Below, piece by piece: positions 34,680 to 48,079 of a DNA stretch of 64,000 nucleotides. The notes under the pieces are model-generated. The model saw only the letters and a list, made by a program, of their open reading frames with translations, did no database searches and was not told the origin of the DNA. A program made the translations under genes and the position numbers. Each line of letters starts with the position of its first letter. The stretch's first letter is position 1. This stretch comes from Bugula neritina. Lineage: Eukaryota > Animalia > Bryozoa. The DNA lies in assembly GCA_964035545.1 (NCBI GenBank), contig OZ037770.1, positions 15,056,642 through 15,120,641 of the forward strand, written 5' to 3'.

Positions 34680-37600
34680 TTTTACCTGCAGATATTATAT
34701 ATTCATATTTTCTGCAGATATTACCTCTCACAGCCAACAAATCCCCATCCCCCTTACAACCGAGACAGAAACAGATTCTAAAGATAGTTGACCCTGAAAC
34801 TAATGCAGTTATAAATGAAAATGACTTTAGAGAAAATCAACCTCCGAGTTCATCTTTCACCACTTCGTACTACTACCCACTGTTTAGCTTGGACCAGGCT
34901 GTAGGTTGGTAATCCACCTCCCCCAACATGTGTTCATAAAACCTCAGTCTATTAGCCTGAGTTCTGCCTTTTGCAATAATTATGTAGAAATATTCTGATT
35001 TGATAATAGCCCAAATATTGCATAATTTGTAAGCATTGATATTTCATGCTGAGAAATCTGCATACATGTTTTGCTATATATTGAGTTTAAAGCAATATAA
35101 AATAATTGACAGCAGCTTGCATTTTGTATCTTATAATAGGATATTATTACATCAACCTAAAAAGCTCATTGATCCCATGCTAAAGTATAGTCCCATGGTT
35201 ATCATATAGTATACTAAAAGATATTGACACTTTATAAGTAAATTGGTATTGATATTTTATAAGTAAATTGATATTGATATTTTATAAGTAAATTGATAAT
35301 ATTGATATTTTATAAGTAAATTCCGGATATTGAATTATGTAAAGTATCCCTACACTTTTAATTTTTTGAATTGAATAAATATAAGTGTTTTTGCTTTCAG
35401 AAACCACGATGCCTCTAGAACCTAACTCAGACAGCCTACTTTCTTCCCCACTCTTATCTCTCCCTTCAGCTCCATCTCCTCTTCTATCTCCGCCTCCAAC
35501 ACCGCCCTCAACCCCGCCCCCTGCACCACCCTCGTCCCCGCCTCCTGCACCACCCTCGTCTCCGCCTCCTTCTACTACTGTGATTAGTTATAGCTCTTTC
35601 TTCTTAAAATCTCTGAGTCAGAAGAGTGCCTCTCTGCAGAAACCTAAACACATCAGCAAGTTCCCCGGCATCACTCGGTATCCCAGGAAACAACTGAAGG
35701 AGCTCCACTATGCAGACAATGTTACTAGAAGTTTGGGAGTTTTCTACCCTTTGCAGGTACCAACCATTCTATACTTACATCACAAAGTTATGATGTGACA
35801 GAGTTTTTGTTGCAGTCACTATGACTATAAGTTGATTACTTCAATTAGTTATTCAAAGATATAATCTGTGAAGTTGTATTTCATATTAGCACATATATAC
35901 CTTCATTTCATCAGGCTACATTGCAAAGTTCACCATAATGACATCTCTTTTGTTCTTAAAATGTTAAATTCGTTATACTATATTATAATGAGCTCAGAAT
36001 AAATTGTTATATTTGTGTAAATACAATTCATGTTGAGTTTTTGTTGTATAACTCTTAGAAAATAAAGTAATATCTTTGTATTTATGATATACGTAATAAT
36101 CTATAGTTAGTTATGTGCATATATTCTGATATTTATTTACGCCAGCAAAAGTTACAGTCTAGTAATTTGAAACACTCGCATGGATTGGCTCGTTGTGAGA
36201 ATCCCTGGAGCGACAGGCGTGTATCTGTCTGCAATCAGCCGACTGCAATAAAGGCATTCAAAGGAATCCTTAATAGGATAACTCCCACTACATTCTCCTA
36301 TTTGCTGTCCAAGGTTGGTTGGCCTGTCAAATGAAATAAAATAATATAATATTATGTCACAATATTATACCCTTTATTAAGAAAACAACAGAATAGTAAA
36401 ATTAACTCAATCTAAAAAATAAATTGAAGTTTAAAAAATAAATTAAAAGAATAGATATATTAAAAAACTTCAAATTTAAAGAACATTTTGTCAATCTATT
36501 TTATAGAAAAGATACATTCTTTTGCAGTGAGTCATTACTCTGTTTAAATGAGTCATTAATCATCAATTTATGTAACTTTACTCTGTGTGAGAAGCAATTA
36601 AACAACAAACTTACTGTTAAAGCTTTCACTCTTGTTGTCATTATTTCTGTTACAGTGTCTAACCCTGAAGATTCGAACTGTTGCGGATTTCAGAAGCTTT
36701 GCTAAGACATTATACACGAGTGCCGTTTGTGGCCCCCAGTATGCTCCACTCTACGCTAAGCTATGTTATAGGATTTCCCAGGTGAATAGAGAGGTTGTCC
36801 TATCTCTGGTTTTACAGTGCTGTATGATCATGCAAATACAGTTGTCAAAATTAATTGTAAACTATAACTAAAGGTAGAGTGTTGTAGACATTTTTAATGA
36901 GAAAGTCAAAGGTTTTCTGCTTATTTGCTTGCTTCAGTCTAGAGTTGAAATATTGTTGAAGAAATTATGCAATGTTGACCAGACCCTGTGATCTGCCGGC
37001 AAAAATAGCTTTTTTTTGCTGTCTAGTAGCAATTCAAAAATAATTTAGTTTGGATTTGTTAACTTGAAGTACCAATTGGAGTAAATATTGAAGTTCCTAA
37101 GTTTAAGTTAAATCAATTTCACAAATTCAATTTTCAAGCGGATTGTTAATCTCATGCGGAGTTATGCCTCTTGTGTAGAAATATTCTTTACAATACTACG
37201 AGGGAGAGAGGGTCGTGACCTTCCAAGGCTTGATTGTGGACATCTGCGAGGTGGATGACAGAGTCATGCTCATGACCAAGTTGGCAAAGGAGGGTCTCGC
37301 TCTTCGAGTCACTGATGTGAAACGAGAACTTCTTCAGATTGACTTGCGAGATTTGAGACAAAAGGCAAAAGGGAGATTCAGGTGACTACCTGCGCACAGC
37401 TGTGTACTACACTCAGGCTTTACCTGCGCACACCTGTGTACTACACTCAGACTTTACCTGCGCACACCTGTGTACTACACTCAGACTTTACCTGCACACA
37501 CCTGTGTGCTATAATTACTGTACTTACTCTATTCTCTGTACTCACTATTTATCTGTAGATTTGTAGGTGAGCTGTTTAATATAGGAATGATTGACCCCAA

Positions 37601-40256
37601 TGCCATACACCGCTGTGCTGCCTCTATCCTCAACTCAGACTCCTATGACAAGTACGAGTGTCTAGCCGTCTTACTCGAGACATCGGGACGGAAGCTAGAC
37701 ACCCCAACAAACAAGGTACCCTCACTTTGGTCTCCCGCAATAGTGTAGTTGAGCTGATTATTATGAATTCCTTTCAATGTTGGCAAAATATTTTATACAT
37801 ATTTATAAGCAGTGTGAATGTAATCAGCTCACCCATTACATGTTGTCAAACTAAAAATAATTAGTTTTTGGATATTGAAGTTATCTCCTCTTTTCCCAGA
37901 CTTTAATGTGCAAGCTAATAAATGATAGGTACTTCTCAAAGTCAACTTACGTTATAATAAAGAATGGCCCCAGTTATAGGCTTAAAGTATGTTACAGTTT
38001 GCATGTATAAATAAGGCTCAAACTCCTGTCAGATGTTTGGTATATTTTGAAGACAAGTTTCAGATATTGGGTCAAAAAAACATTGGCGTGGGTTTTTATC
38101 TTTTTATCATAATTAGGAATTGTCATATCACTTCATGCCTCTTACTTGTAGAACCTAATAGAGCGGTATTTCCACCAGATAGAATACATGATGAAAAACT
38201 GTAAAAGCTGGCCGCTCAGAGTTCGTATGCTACTCCAAGATCTCGTTGAACTGAAAGAGGTCTGTGCAGTTCCTTGTCATGTGTGAGAGCATGCTATTGG
38301 CTATTTCCTAGTCTCTACAGCTATGACGATTTGTGATAGGCTAGTTTATAGACACATGTGTAGGCTTGTGATAGGTTAGCTTATAGGTATGTATAAAAGT
38401 TTGTGATAGGCTAGTTTTGTTTGTTTGTTTTTATTTTGTCGTAGTCAGAAAAAAATTAATTGAGAAAAAAATAAACAAAATGACAGGGCCTATGGCGCAA
38501 TAGCACTGTAGTTTTGAGACACATGTGAGCTAGTGATATGAGAAACTACGATTGGCGTGAGTGTTGAAATGGATTTACAATTTAAAACACTTTCTTCTAG
38601 AATGAGATTATGTCTAGCACTTAAAGATGGAGAAAAGCAATGACGCAACGACATTATGGTTCAAGGCTTTCTCAATTTCTTTTTTGCAAGAAAGTTCAAA
38701 CTTGCTTCTTTAATTTTTCTACACTAGAAATATTTCGCCACCTATCTAATTTTGGTAGAACAACTGGGTGCTGCTTCGAAGAAAGGAAGTCCCTAAAACA
38801 CTTCACGACATTTACAAAGAATATAAGATGGAAGAGTTGGAGTTGTATGCACAGTTGAGAAAGTTTAGAAAGAGGAAATATCAAGATAGTTGTGGTAGCA
38901 ACAACCAAGACAGTATTAGCATTGTAAAAGCCAGCTGCGACAGAACTACTGATAGCTGTATTGTCAACGAGAGTTATAACAACAGGAAATATGGTAACGC
39001 TGCTACTGAAAGTGGGCCTGAGTGTGTCGGGGCCGGCAGAAATGATCACAGCACTACCGGCAGTGGCAGTGAGTGTGAAGGAAGAGTGGACACGAAAAAC
39101 TCAATGGATGATTTCTCTCAACCTCCAAAAAAGTCTTGGTAAAACTAGATATGTATTGTCATGTTGTGTGTTAACAACTTAGTAGAGCTTCAAATTTGCT
39201 GACATATGACTGACTCTGTAAAAACATTGCCCAACGATTTTTGCCATAACTGGTATTCATGTAAAGAAATTGAGTTACAGTTAGCTAAATCTGTAAAAAA
39301 AAGCAGTCAACACGATCCACAAGTTTTACACAAGGGACTGCTAAGTTTAATTTAATTGATAGACAACATGATTGCAGTTGAGTAAGGAATTTGTGTCTAC
39401 CGTGTGGTGCAAAGCCTCCAGGTTGAAACCCCCGCTCTATTACAAAAATAATATAAGAATCGGGCTAAGACTTTACTGATACCTAACTATGTTATGGTAT
39501 TTGTAGTGAGAGCAACTTAGAGGATGTGTTTGCAAAAATATTCAGAGTTGTACAGCACTTCAATCATATTGACAACAGCAGAATTGTAGACTATATTCAG
39601 CGTAACACCTCACAGGAAGAGAGAAAACAGTCATCGTTTATTTACCAGTTAACCAAGACTTTAGTTAGTGCGTGCCTTGGTAAGGTCATTCTCCAAACAT
39701 AAAAAGTTGATTTCTCATTTTCTTTTTATTACCAACACTTGAAAGTAGACATTTGTCATTGAAAGTTATTTACTTAATACACAATCAGTTAATCACTAAT
39801 AATGAAAATACTAGTGTTTAGTAGCTTAAGTTGTTTAAACTCTTCATCTATGCTTTAGTTAGTTTTACTGTCAGCTCTGGGTATACTTGATGTTTGATTC
39901 CAGTCGAAGAACTGAATATGGAAAAACTCAGATGGAGAGCCGGAATCTTAACGGACTACATGGACAGCCACACGAAGGAAGAGCACGCTTTGATTGCGTT
40001 GGAAGAACTCGTTGAGGACTCGACCCTTGGCAGTAGCAAAGGTCAGCTGATTTCATGTCGTTGTAATTTAGGAGTTATCTTCTCGAATTGGGCTATAGGC
40101 ACTTTCTCGATGATGTTTGTTTGACTTTGAGACATTTTTCACTTTAAGTACTGCAATGTGTATGTAAGTGGTTTGAACCCTGTCTATTTTGTAGATTCGT
40201 TGAGAGAAATTAAAAAACTGCTTTTATGTGAAGTTTCTCCAGAAAATGAAAGTTAG
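34281..40256 (+). CDS. Divergent tandem eIF4G paralog, about 693 aa (start uncertain); lacks MA3 and has a truncated W2
   Basis: Phase-consistent exons 34281-34304, 34718-34904, 35401-35756, 36146-36313, 36656-36781, 37179-37381, 37559-37715, 38152-38259, 38759-39138, 39507-39679, 39904-40041, 40195-40256. Motifs: [76 protein letters not shown]. Four exons have the same lengths (126, 157, 108, 138 nt) as their counterparts in the main eIF4G. AATAAA at 40472. Confidence 0.85.
34595..34676. repeat. (AT)n microsatellite
   Basis: About 40 uninterrupted AT units. Confidence 0.97.
37387..37508. repeat. Intronic minisatellite, 34-nt unit, about 3.5 copies
   Basis: TACCTGCGCACACCTGTGTACTACACTCAGACTT, starting 5 nt after the donor at 37382. 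Confidence 0.9.
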
Positions 40257-41185
40257 TCCAACATGTCAAGACGATTCCAAACTTTTATTTAATCTGTACG
40301 GAGAGTGTCCAGTGATCCTGAAGTATTATTAGCTTCTCCTTTCAGAACACAAACTCTCAAAGTTGAGACTATTCCATTTCTTTTTGTTTCTCGTAATTGT
40401 TTGCTGTTCTCTTTTTTTCATAGGCGCTGAAGAGGTCAAGTTTGCAGTTGATCTCTTCATTATTTTGTGTGAATAAAACTGTAACAAAAATTAAAATTTC
40501 ATTAAATTCAGCCCTTCTTTTAAAGAGTGAGCTATCCTAAATTCAGTTTGACTTTGCAGTTAGGAACTAAGAGATACAACATATGTTGAACATATACGCA
40601 GAAGCTATAAGAAGGCATAATTAGTAGAGTATAAGATTCATCAGAGTGCCAAATTTGTCAAGGTTTAGATGAGAATTAATAAGAAAACATATGCACATTT
40701 TTTTCTGAACATTAAAGTTGCCCTCATTTGAATGAAACATGCACTATAGAGCTGTGCCTCAGAGTACAAACAACTTGTCTATATTGTGATTCCAAAGACT
40801 AGTGAGGTTTCAGAGTACATAAGTCTTGAGGTGACCATTGCTAGTTTAATGATTCAACGCTTGGTTTACAGCCAATTGCATTCATTCTTTTATATAGTTG
40901 TCCAATAACAATAGCCCTTTTGTACATTCAACGTCTCTGGATACAGCAATGTTATAGCTTGACTGGACTTGTTTTGTTTTACAACATGGTCTAGTTGACA
41001 AATTTATTACAGAAAATCATGAAAAATTAGAAATGATAGTTTTCATAAAATTCTTACAAAAAATAAAATTACCTAATTTGACTTTTTACTGCACAAAAAA
41101 AAAACAGCAGTTGTTTGAAATACAATTACCTGTACTGCATAACTTTTTTACCACAAACCAATTGACAAAAATTTGGCGTGCATAA

Positions 41186-44100
41186 TTAGAGTTTGTTATT
41201 ATTAGTAGGTTGGTTTCTTGAGCACAAAGTTTTGCAGTTCTTGTAGAGACAGTAGGTTCCAGTGATGGCTCCTCCAGCGACCATAGATGAACCAATGTAG
41301 AAGTAGACTATTCTCCAGCTTTGTGTGGCATCATAGATGGCACCTCAAAAAGCAAACAAGATAGTTTTAAATGGCATTTTCAATTAATATTTTTACTACT
41401 TTCTTCAATTAATTACAAATAAGACTTTAGGAATATCAGCTAAGCTGATGTTACATTTAACGGGGAATAATCATATAAAATATTAAATTTTCTAGCATTT
41501 TGGTAACAATGAGAATGCATAGACCTAACTGAAATAATTGATTGTACACTACAATTGATAGCAAGATAAATTTGAGTTGGTTACAAGGGGTTGAATACAT
41601 AGCAATATAGTTTGCCAATGTTAAGTTTCGAACTGGTGGCCGGGTTTAGTATTCTTTACAAGCTTTCAGTCACGTTTAATATAGGATTCCAAATTTTACA
41701 AAACATATATATTAGAAATATTTAGACAGCTCCCTACCTACCGCCACCTATCCCGGACCACGGCGGACCAGGAGAGAGAGAGGTGAGGGAGACAACTCCC
41801 TACCTACTTCCACCCATCCCGGACCACGGTGGACTAGGAGAGAGAGAGGTGAGGGAGACAACTGCTAACCTGTTATATAAGTGGAGCAGATGAACGCCGT
41901 GCTCTGAAACGCCATGACTAAACCCATTCCACTAGTTAAGTTCTCAATACCAATCAGTTCTCTCAGCACCACTGGTGTGAGACTGTAGGTGGACGTCCCC
42001 GCCATAGACATACCAATTAACGTTAGAATTATGCCTACAAAATAAAAACTCTACAATATAAGAGGATAAAACATAACAATGCTTAACTAATAAAAACAAT
42101 AAAATATATAAAAATGACATAATAGACAATAAATCAAAGAAAACTAACATATAAAACAATAATTATATAACAAAATAAGAATAAAAACTCTGAAAAGCAA
42201 ACATTTGTTACAACATAATGCAACTTTTACTTGAAAGCTTGAGGTCTACTGTCTGACATGGAAGGTTTAGAAAGCGTGACAACCAACAAATAGCCAGTCC
42301 ACATGTTTGAACACGTATGTATACTCAGTTGAATCTGAAACGTTTCACGACATTAGGAGAGCAGACAACTTCTACACTCTAATTCTGACCTGGAAACCCG
42401 TAAACAACGGCATTGAGGAAGGTCAAGAATCCAGCAATGAGCAGACACGTTGAGAATTGAACCGTTGCAGAAACCAGCTTCCTGTCAGCCAAAAGCCCAT
42501 TCAGTATACGAGAGGGCGTGTCAAGGACACCAGAACAGGTGAGCGCTGTGGCGATAGCGTCCTTTGAAATACCTGGATAATAGAGAAGATAACTCTATCG
42601 CAATCTAATTACTGAATGTGCACTTTGAGTATTGGCCACGTTTATTAGTTTTACAATACATTTTTATTTAAAACTTAGCAATTAGGATCACTTTCAAATT
42701 TTAACAAACAGATCTTTGTGAAACTTTTAGATAAAACAAGCTTTATATAACAATCTGTTATGCAATACGCAATTTTGCTGTTGAAAATGTGCTCCAATTT
42801 GTGGAATGATTGACCAACATATAAAATCATGTAATACGAATGTAATATGTACAGTTAAGTGAAGAATAAGAATTATCAAATATACAGGCAGGATTAACTA
42901 GCTTTGTAATAACAGGAAGTGACGCAATTATAAAACAGGAAGTGATGTCACTGACCTAGCTCTTTGCCGAGAGGAGGAAGTGCCGAGAATACCACACAGA
43001 CGCCTAAACCAAATGCTGCTATCGAAAAACCGACCAATAGAAACTTTGGCATCAGCAAAACCCTCCAATTGAAATGATCTTGACTTAGAGGAGTCAACTC
43101 TGTGCTGAGTGGAGTTGTGCCCCCAGCACGGCATACGAGAGTGGCGCTCGCAAACAGATCTCCGGTAGATATGATCAGCACACTGTCTGCTTCTAGCTTG
43201 TTATTCTGGTGAGCTGGACTTCTGGCCTGGCCACTGACACTGAGACTATTGGCCTGGCCACTGACACTGAGACTATTGGCCTGGCCACTGACACTGAGAC
43301 TATTGGCCTGGCCACTGACACTGAGACTATTGGTCGGACCACTGGCACTATAACTGCTGGCCGGGCCACTGGTGTTAAGGTTAGAGCTGCTGGCCAGGTG
43401 ACCAGTACTACTAGCGGGGACACTGCAAGCGTGGTCTTGACTTTTAGCTCGGCTGCCACTACTATAGCCTGAGTGGCTGACCACATTGTAAGCTGTAAGA
43501 CTGGCTCGGCCCTGATCTGTCTGTTTCATTTCGATCTCATATTCAGAGCCATCACCTGACTTAAAAGATCAATATGTTGGTGAGAAATAAATAATTATTT
43601 GCGTGAAAGATTGCCAACTTAACTTAATCATTATACTTTCTATTATTTTCTTTGTAAGAATTACGGATGTAAATTGCTAGTAACTTTTAGTATAGTCAGA
43701 GTATCATATTATTTTATGTTATATTAATATTATATTATAATCATACATTTTTTCATATAAATATACTAACATAATTGTATTATATAGCATTATATCTGAC
43801 AACATAGACAGACAAAATGCCAAAAATTGCATCTGTATTTATGCAAAGTAAATATAAATAAAGTAAAAAAGCATAAAATATTTCAGAAATAAAAAATTGC
43901 TTTTCCTTCATCAATTTTCAAGCTTAACAGAAACCCTTACATATTTGCACTTAAATTGAAACTGGAATTTAATCACGATAGGATATGATGCAATAGGCAA
44001 AAGTAATAAGAAATGACTTTGTGATAGATTGACATACCAGGAGTTTACTAGTAGCATCAACGCCCTCAGAATCTGCAACCTTTGACCTTCTGCTAATATA

Positions 44101-46341
44101 TTCAAGGTCGTTTGAATACAGACTCTCATAGTAGGAGATAGGTCTCAAGAGAGAGGATAACACCAGAAAGTGAAGAGTGAAGCCAGCTAAAATATTCACA
44201 AATATTATTATCAGAGATATGTTGTAGCTTCGCTCAGTTAAATTAAAATGTGTCAACTCTTTGACAAGTAATGGCCAGTGTTAAGGTATTGAAACTAACA
44301 TTCATAAAAGAACTTTTGTTAATAAAACATGTTGATAGACGCACTTTTGCTCTTTATGTTAACATTTGAAGAGTTTCTTTGTTCAAGTTCAGAAAATGGG
44401 ACACTTTGTAAAATCAAAATAATTGCTATGCATGGTCCAAAACCTCCCAAACAAGAAAATTTATTAATTAATGAATTATATTAGAATGCACAAATAGTTA
44501 GAGTTCATGTTTATATGTACCATAGAGTAACGAAGCACCGCTGAAGGAGTAATTGTCAAACAACGGGCGGAATATATATGGAAGAACAATACCACCCAAA
44601 CCAGATCCACCTGCAGTAAGTCCTAGGGCTAGAGCTTTTCTTTTTTGAAAATAAGGTCCACTGACTAGGAACGGAACCAGAACTATGAGGGAATTCCCAA
44701 CTCCTGCAAATAGAACTTTGTTAACAATATCATTAAGAAGGAGCCCGTTTAATCAAAGCAAAATATCATTGTGTTTGAAAAGGTAAAAGATACTTTTACT
44801 AATACTAGTACTGCGTGTTATATCACTGTATGACATGCAATTACTTTTCATATCTTTTCGTCAACAAGCGAAAAATTATTCTATGGTGGTCCAGTTTGTG
44901 CGGACACCTTCTCAAATCAGTTGCTAGAACCAGAGCTATCTTTAATTCCGGACAGTTATAAATCTCTTGTCCTTGCTACACACTAGAGCTATCACTGCAC
45001 ATTGGATTTATCCTGACACATTGGAGTTATCACTACACGTTTAAAACTTCACAACTGCTGTTTATAATTAAGATTAGCAAAGGCCATGTGTTGAATAAAC
45101 ACTGGGCCGGCAGGAGCTAGCAAGTGCTTGCATGTATCATCACAGTTATTGACCTACTCACCACCCACTAAGCTGTGTGACACTAACATGGCTGGCAGGT
45201 TTGGTGAGTAAGCTAAGCCAACATAGCTGAGAGCGTCCAGAAATACACCCATCAGTGCAGCAGTTCTGCATGATGTCTTCACTATTATCAGACTTGCTAA
45301 TGGTCCTACAACAGTTAGAGAGATCAAAGTATATGCTAGTCTTTGTACAGCTGTCTGTATCTTTGATTGACGGAATGTGTAAACAAAGATGTGTATGAAG
45401 ACTGCATCTATTTAGCAGAACACTTGCCAGACTTTGAAGAATGACGCAGCAGTTTTCTAAACGAATGCTGATCAATATGTGAATCACACGGCAATGATTT
45501 CTACTTACCCAACAGTCCAGTAATGATATATTTTATAGACAAAACCCATATGAGAGTAGAGGTCAAGTAGACACCATTAAATCTTTCATTGATCTCTACA
45601 AGGAGAATCCCTTGACATCTGAATCCTCCTGCGTGTAGAGCAAACAGGCCGGCAGATGCTGCAACCGTAAAGAAAGTGATTTGTTGGGTAACATCATTAC
45701 TTGTAGCCATTACGCCAGGTTGCATAAACTCTAAGATATAGTAGTTATAATATTAATAGCTACGGCTCAGCCAGCTACCAAGTAATTAATGCACAGTTCA
45801 GTGAAACATTCCAGTACAAGTATTAGAAGTTTCGGGTTGAAAAGTGCCAGAAATACCTTTCTGATAAGCTTTTAGTTTGGGGCAATTGGGTTGGGATTTG
45901 ATTGATTTTCTAAAGTGTCAGACAAATTATTATACGCAAAACTTCTGCTAGAATTTGTGCTACTTGAAACAAGACAATTCTACACCCACCTCATCTGTCA
46001 TTTGGTTGAATTTACAAAAATGACTAGTTTTTATTTTTTGAACTTATACTTATAGCTCCAGTTTTCTATAATAAGAATAGTTTGAAGGTCACTACTACAC
46101 AGCTCAAATACTAATAGTAGTAAATAAATTAAATTATATAAAATACTAATAGCTAGTTTAATGCTCTGTAGGTGACTGTAAGTTAAAGTGACTTACAGTA
46201 ACCATAGCCTGTGAGTTAAAGTGACTTACAGTAACCATAGCCTGTGAGTTAAAGTGACTTACCCAATACCACCACCCATGCCCATCCTCTATCTATAGGT
46301 AATATTTTAGCTCTTTCTTCTTCTAAACTCATTTCACGCAT
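41186..46341 (-). CDS. Monocarboxylate transporter-like MFS protein (SLC16 family), 9 coding exons
   Basis: Exons 46341-46263, 45658-45509, 45305-45162, 44703-44521, 44186-44038, 43559-42956, 42572-42390, 42034-41870, 41343-41186. SLC16 motifs PIDRGWAWVVVL, GPLASLII.KTSCR, YFQKRKALALGLTAGGSGLG, LLRP, SRILNGLLADR and GAIYDATQSW, plus a large central loop. Confidence 0.88.
41730..41862. repeat. Direct duplication of ~66 nt in a transporter intron
   Basis: CTCCCTACCTAC...GGAGAGAGAGAGGTGAGGGAGACAACT occurs twice, adjacent to the donor at 41869. Confidence 0.9.
46182..46262. repeat. 33-nt tandem repeat containing the transporter intron-1 donor
   Basis: GTTAAAGTGACTTACAGTAACCATAGCCTGTGA x2.5. The minus strand reads GTAAGTCAC three times. 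Confidence 0.9.
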
Positions 46342-47417
46342 GGCTCACTAGTTACTACTTCACCGCGACTATCCAACTAGCAACTCATGCTGCCTGTACG
46401 CTGTAAGCGCTTAGGTAGCCGATTGCTCAGCCACTCAAATAGCATAATGGATGTTACAAACACATTAGCAGTGCATTGTAATTTCTGATTAGCCCAGCTG
46501 CTATATCATACATTTTCTAAGCTTGTATTGTGCTAGAGAAAGCTAGGGTTTCCATTGTACTTTTGACTGGTTCATCAATAGGCTGAAGGCTTGCATTTTG
46601 CACTGATCAATGCTATAAATAGCTGCATATGCTAGAAGACTGCATGTAATGATGGTATATGCAGCCATTGAAACAATGTATATAAGACGGCCATTTGAGC
46701 TCATCTAGCTTTCCCTCATTTTCAGCACAGCTAAACAAGGGGGCACAAGTCTGATATAAAGATACAATGTGACCTTCAAAATTTAGAAATCCTAATAATA
46801 TTTCTAATCTATTACTACGATATTATATTGTGTTACACTGTAACAATATCTAGTATTACGTTTTATCATTTCTGATGTGCGGAGAAACCTGCATTTTACC
46901 AGCTTAGCCCGAGGTTCTAAGACAGCCTAGAAACAAGAAGAGGGCAGTACCTAGTGTGAGATTTTCTCAAGTGTAGAACAATTGGGCTGCTGTGATTGGA
47001 GTTATGACCTCATGGCTTTTTGGTACAGATGGATAGCTTTGTGATGGCACTGAGCTGAATACAGTATGTGAATAGCGGAGAACATATGATTCTAGTGTGA
47101 ACCTGTTATAATCTTGTTGAAAGTTGGAGATGTTTACGGAGAAGATGGCTGAGCTAAGCAAACCATTGCTAGACCACATCTATAAAGTAAGTCACTGTGA
47201 AGCATTTATAATAACTAAGGATTTTAGGTATTTAGCAGCTACAATTATGCTAGGAAGTATGTCATGAAGTGTTTGCATCAAAATTAGGGCACAAAAAGCT
47301 GGTAAAACCTGAAATTTGGTGTTTCCACTCTGAAGATTAGAATCGCAGCGTTTCATGGAAAGGAAATTTCATTAGCAATTAATAGACTGAGTTGAAACCT
47401 ATATTTTGAAGGGAACA

Positions 47418-47512
47418 TCAGTGGTTAAAGTAATGTCTTAGTAAACATAAGGTCAGTGGTTTGACCTTTAGTGAAGGTCATTGTTAGGAAGAGCATTCAG
47501 TCAGAGTTGCTC
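47418..47512 (+). mobile_element. Degenerate tRNA-derived SINE, family 2
   Basis: Shares TAGTAAACA..AGGTCA.TGG.TTTGA and GAAGAGCAT..AGTCAGA.TTGCTC with the reverse complement of 50349-50460. Confidence 0.55.
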
Positions 47513-48066
47513 TCTCTTGTCACAATAGAAAACCTGTTCTCTATCCTTAAGGCTCTGTTTTGATTTACAGCTACTTCTGCAAAACTACAATCAGCTTATG
47601 AGAAAATTTCTTTTTTAAAAGCAAAATATATAGTAGACCAAACATGATCTAGCAAAACAAGTGAAACATATTAACGACCTAACTGAACCTCAACTGAAAG
47701 TTGAAGCTGCTAAGTTAAAGTCTAGCCTCACGACTTAACAATATCAACATAAGGGGCAGACAATTTCTCACACTGAAAGTCAAAGCTTCAGTGTAGAATA
47801 ATGTTACATTTTGTTTCAACAAAAGATAATCTAAATCTAAACTAATACTACGCATGTTGACAACAGGTGTTTGTTTACTCTTGCAGATAGCGCGCTGTTT
47901 TACACACCGGATAAAGATAAGGCAGCTGAAAGCTATACAAAACACGTGATCTGCCGCGTTAAGTAATATATTATTAGAATGAAAGGTATACTAAAAGTAA
48001 TATTGATAGGCTGTAAATGAACCTTTGTTTGCATAGCTTTTATTATAGCCTTAATGCTCTAAGCTA

Positions 48067-48079
48067 GTTGCCTAGCAAC
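48067..48079. promoter_or_regulatory. RFX X-box-like palindrome upstream of the LRR gene
   Basis: GTTGCCTAGCAAC, followed by a candidate non-coding exon donor CAG|GTAATG at 48205. A further site GTTGCTAATAGCAAC lies at 49074-49088. Confidence 0.5.

Noticed and set aside
34489-34781. IYIYIY ORFs
   Set aside because: (AT)n microsatellite. Only 34718-34904 is exonic.
34281-40256. Calling the paralog NAT1/DAP5 (eIF4G2), a processed pseudogene, or a haplotig duplicate
   Set aside because: It retains PABP- and eIF4E-type motifs that NAT1 lacks, keeps the parent's introns, shows no frame disruption, and is far too diverged to be allelic.
41804-41833. In-frame 30-nt cryptic exon in the transporter duplication
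   Set aside because: It would require a 36-nt upstream intron and would interrupt the TM11-12 region.
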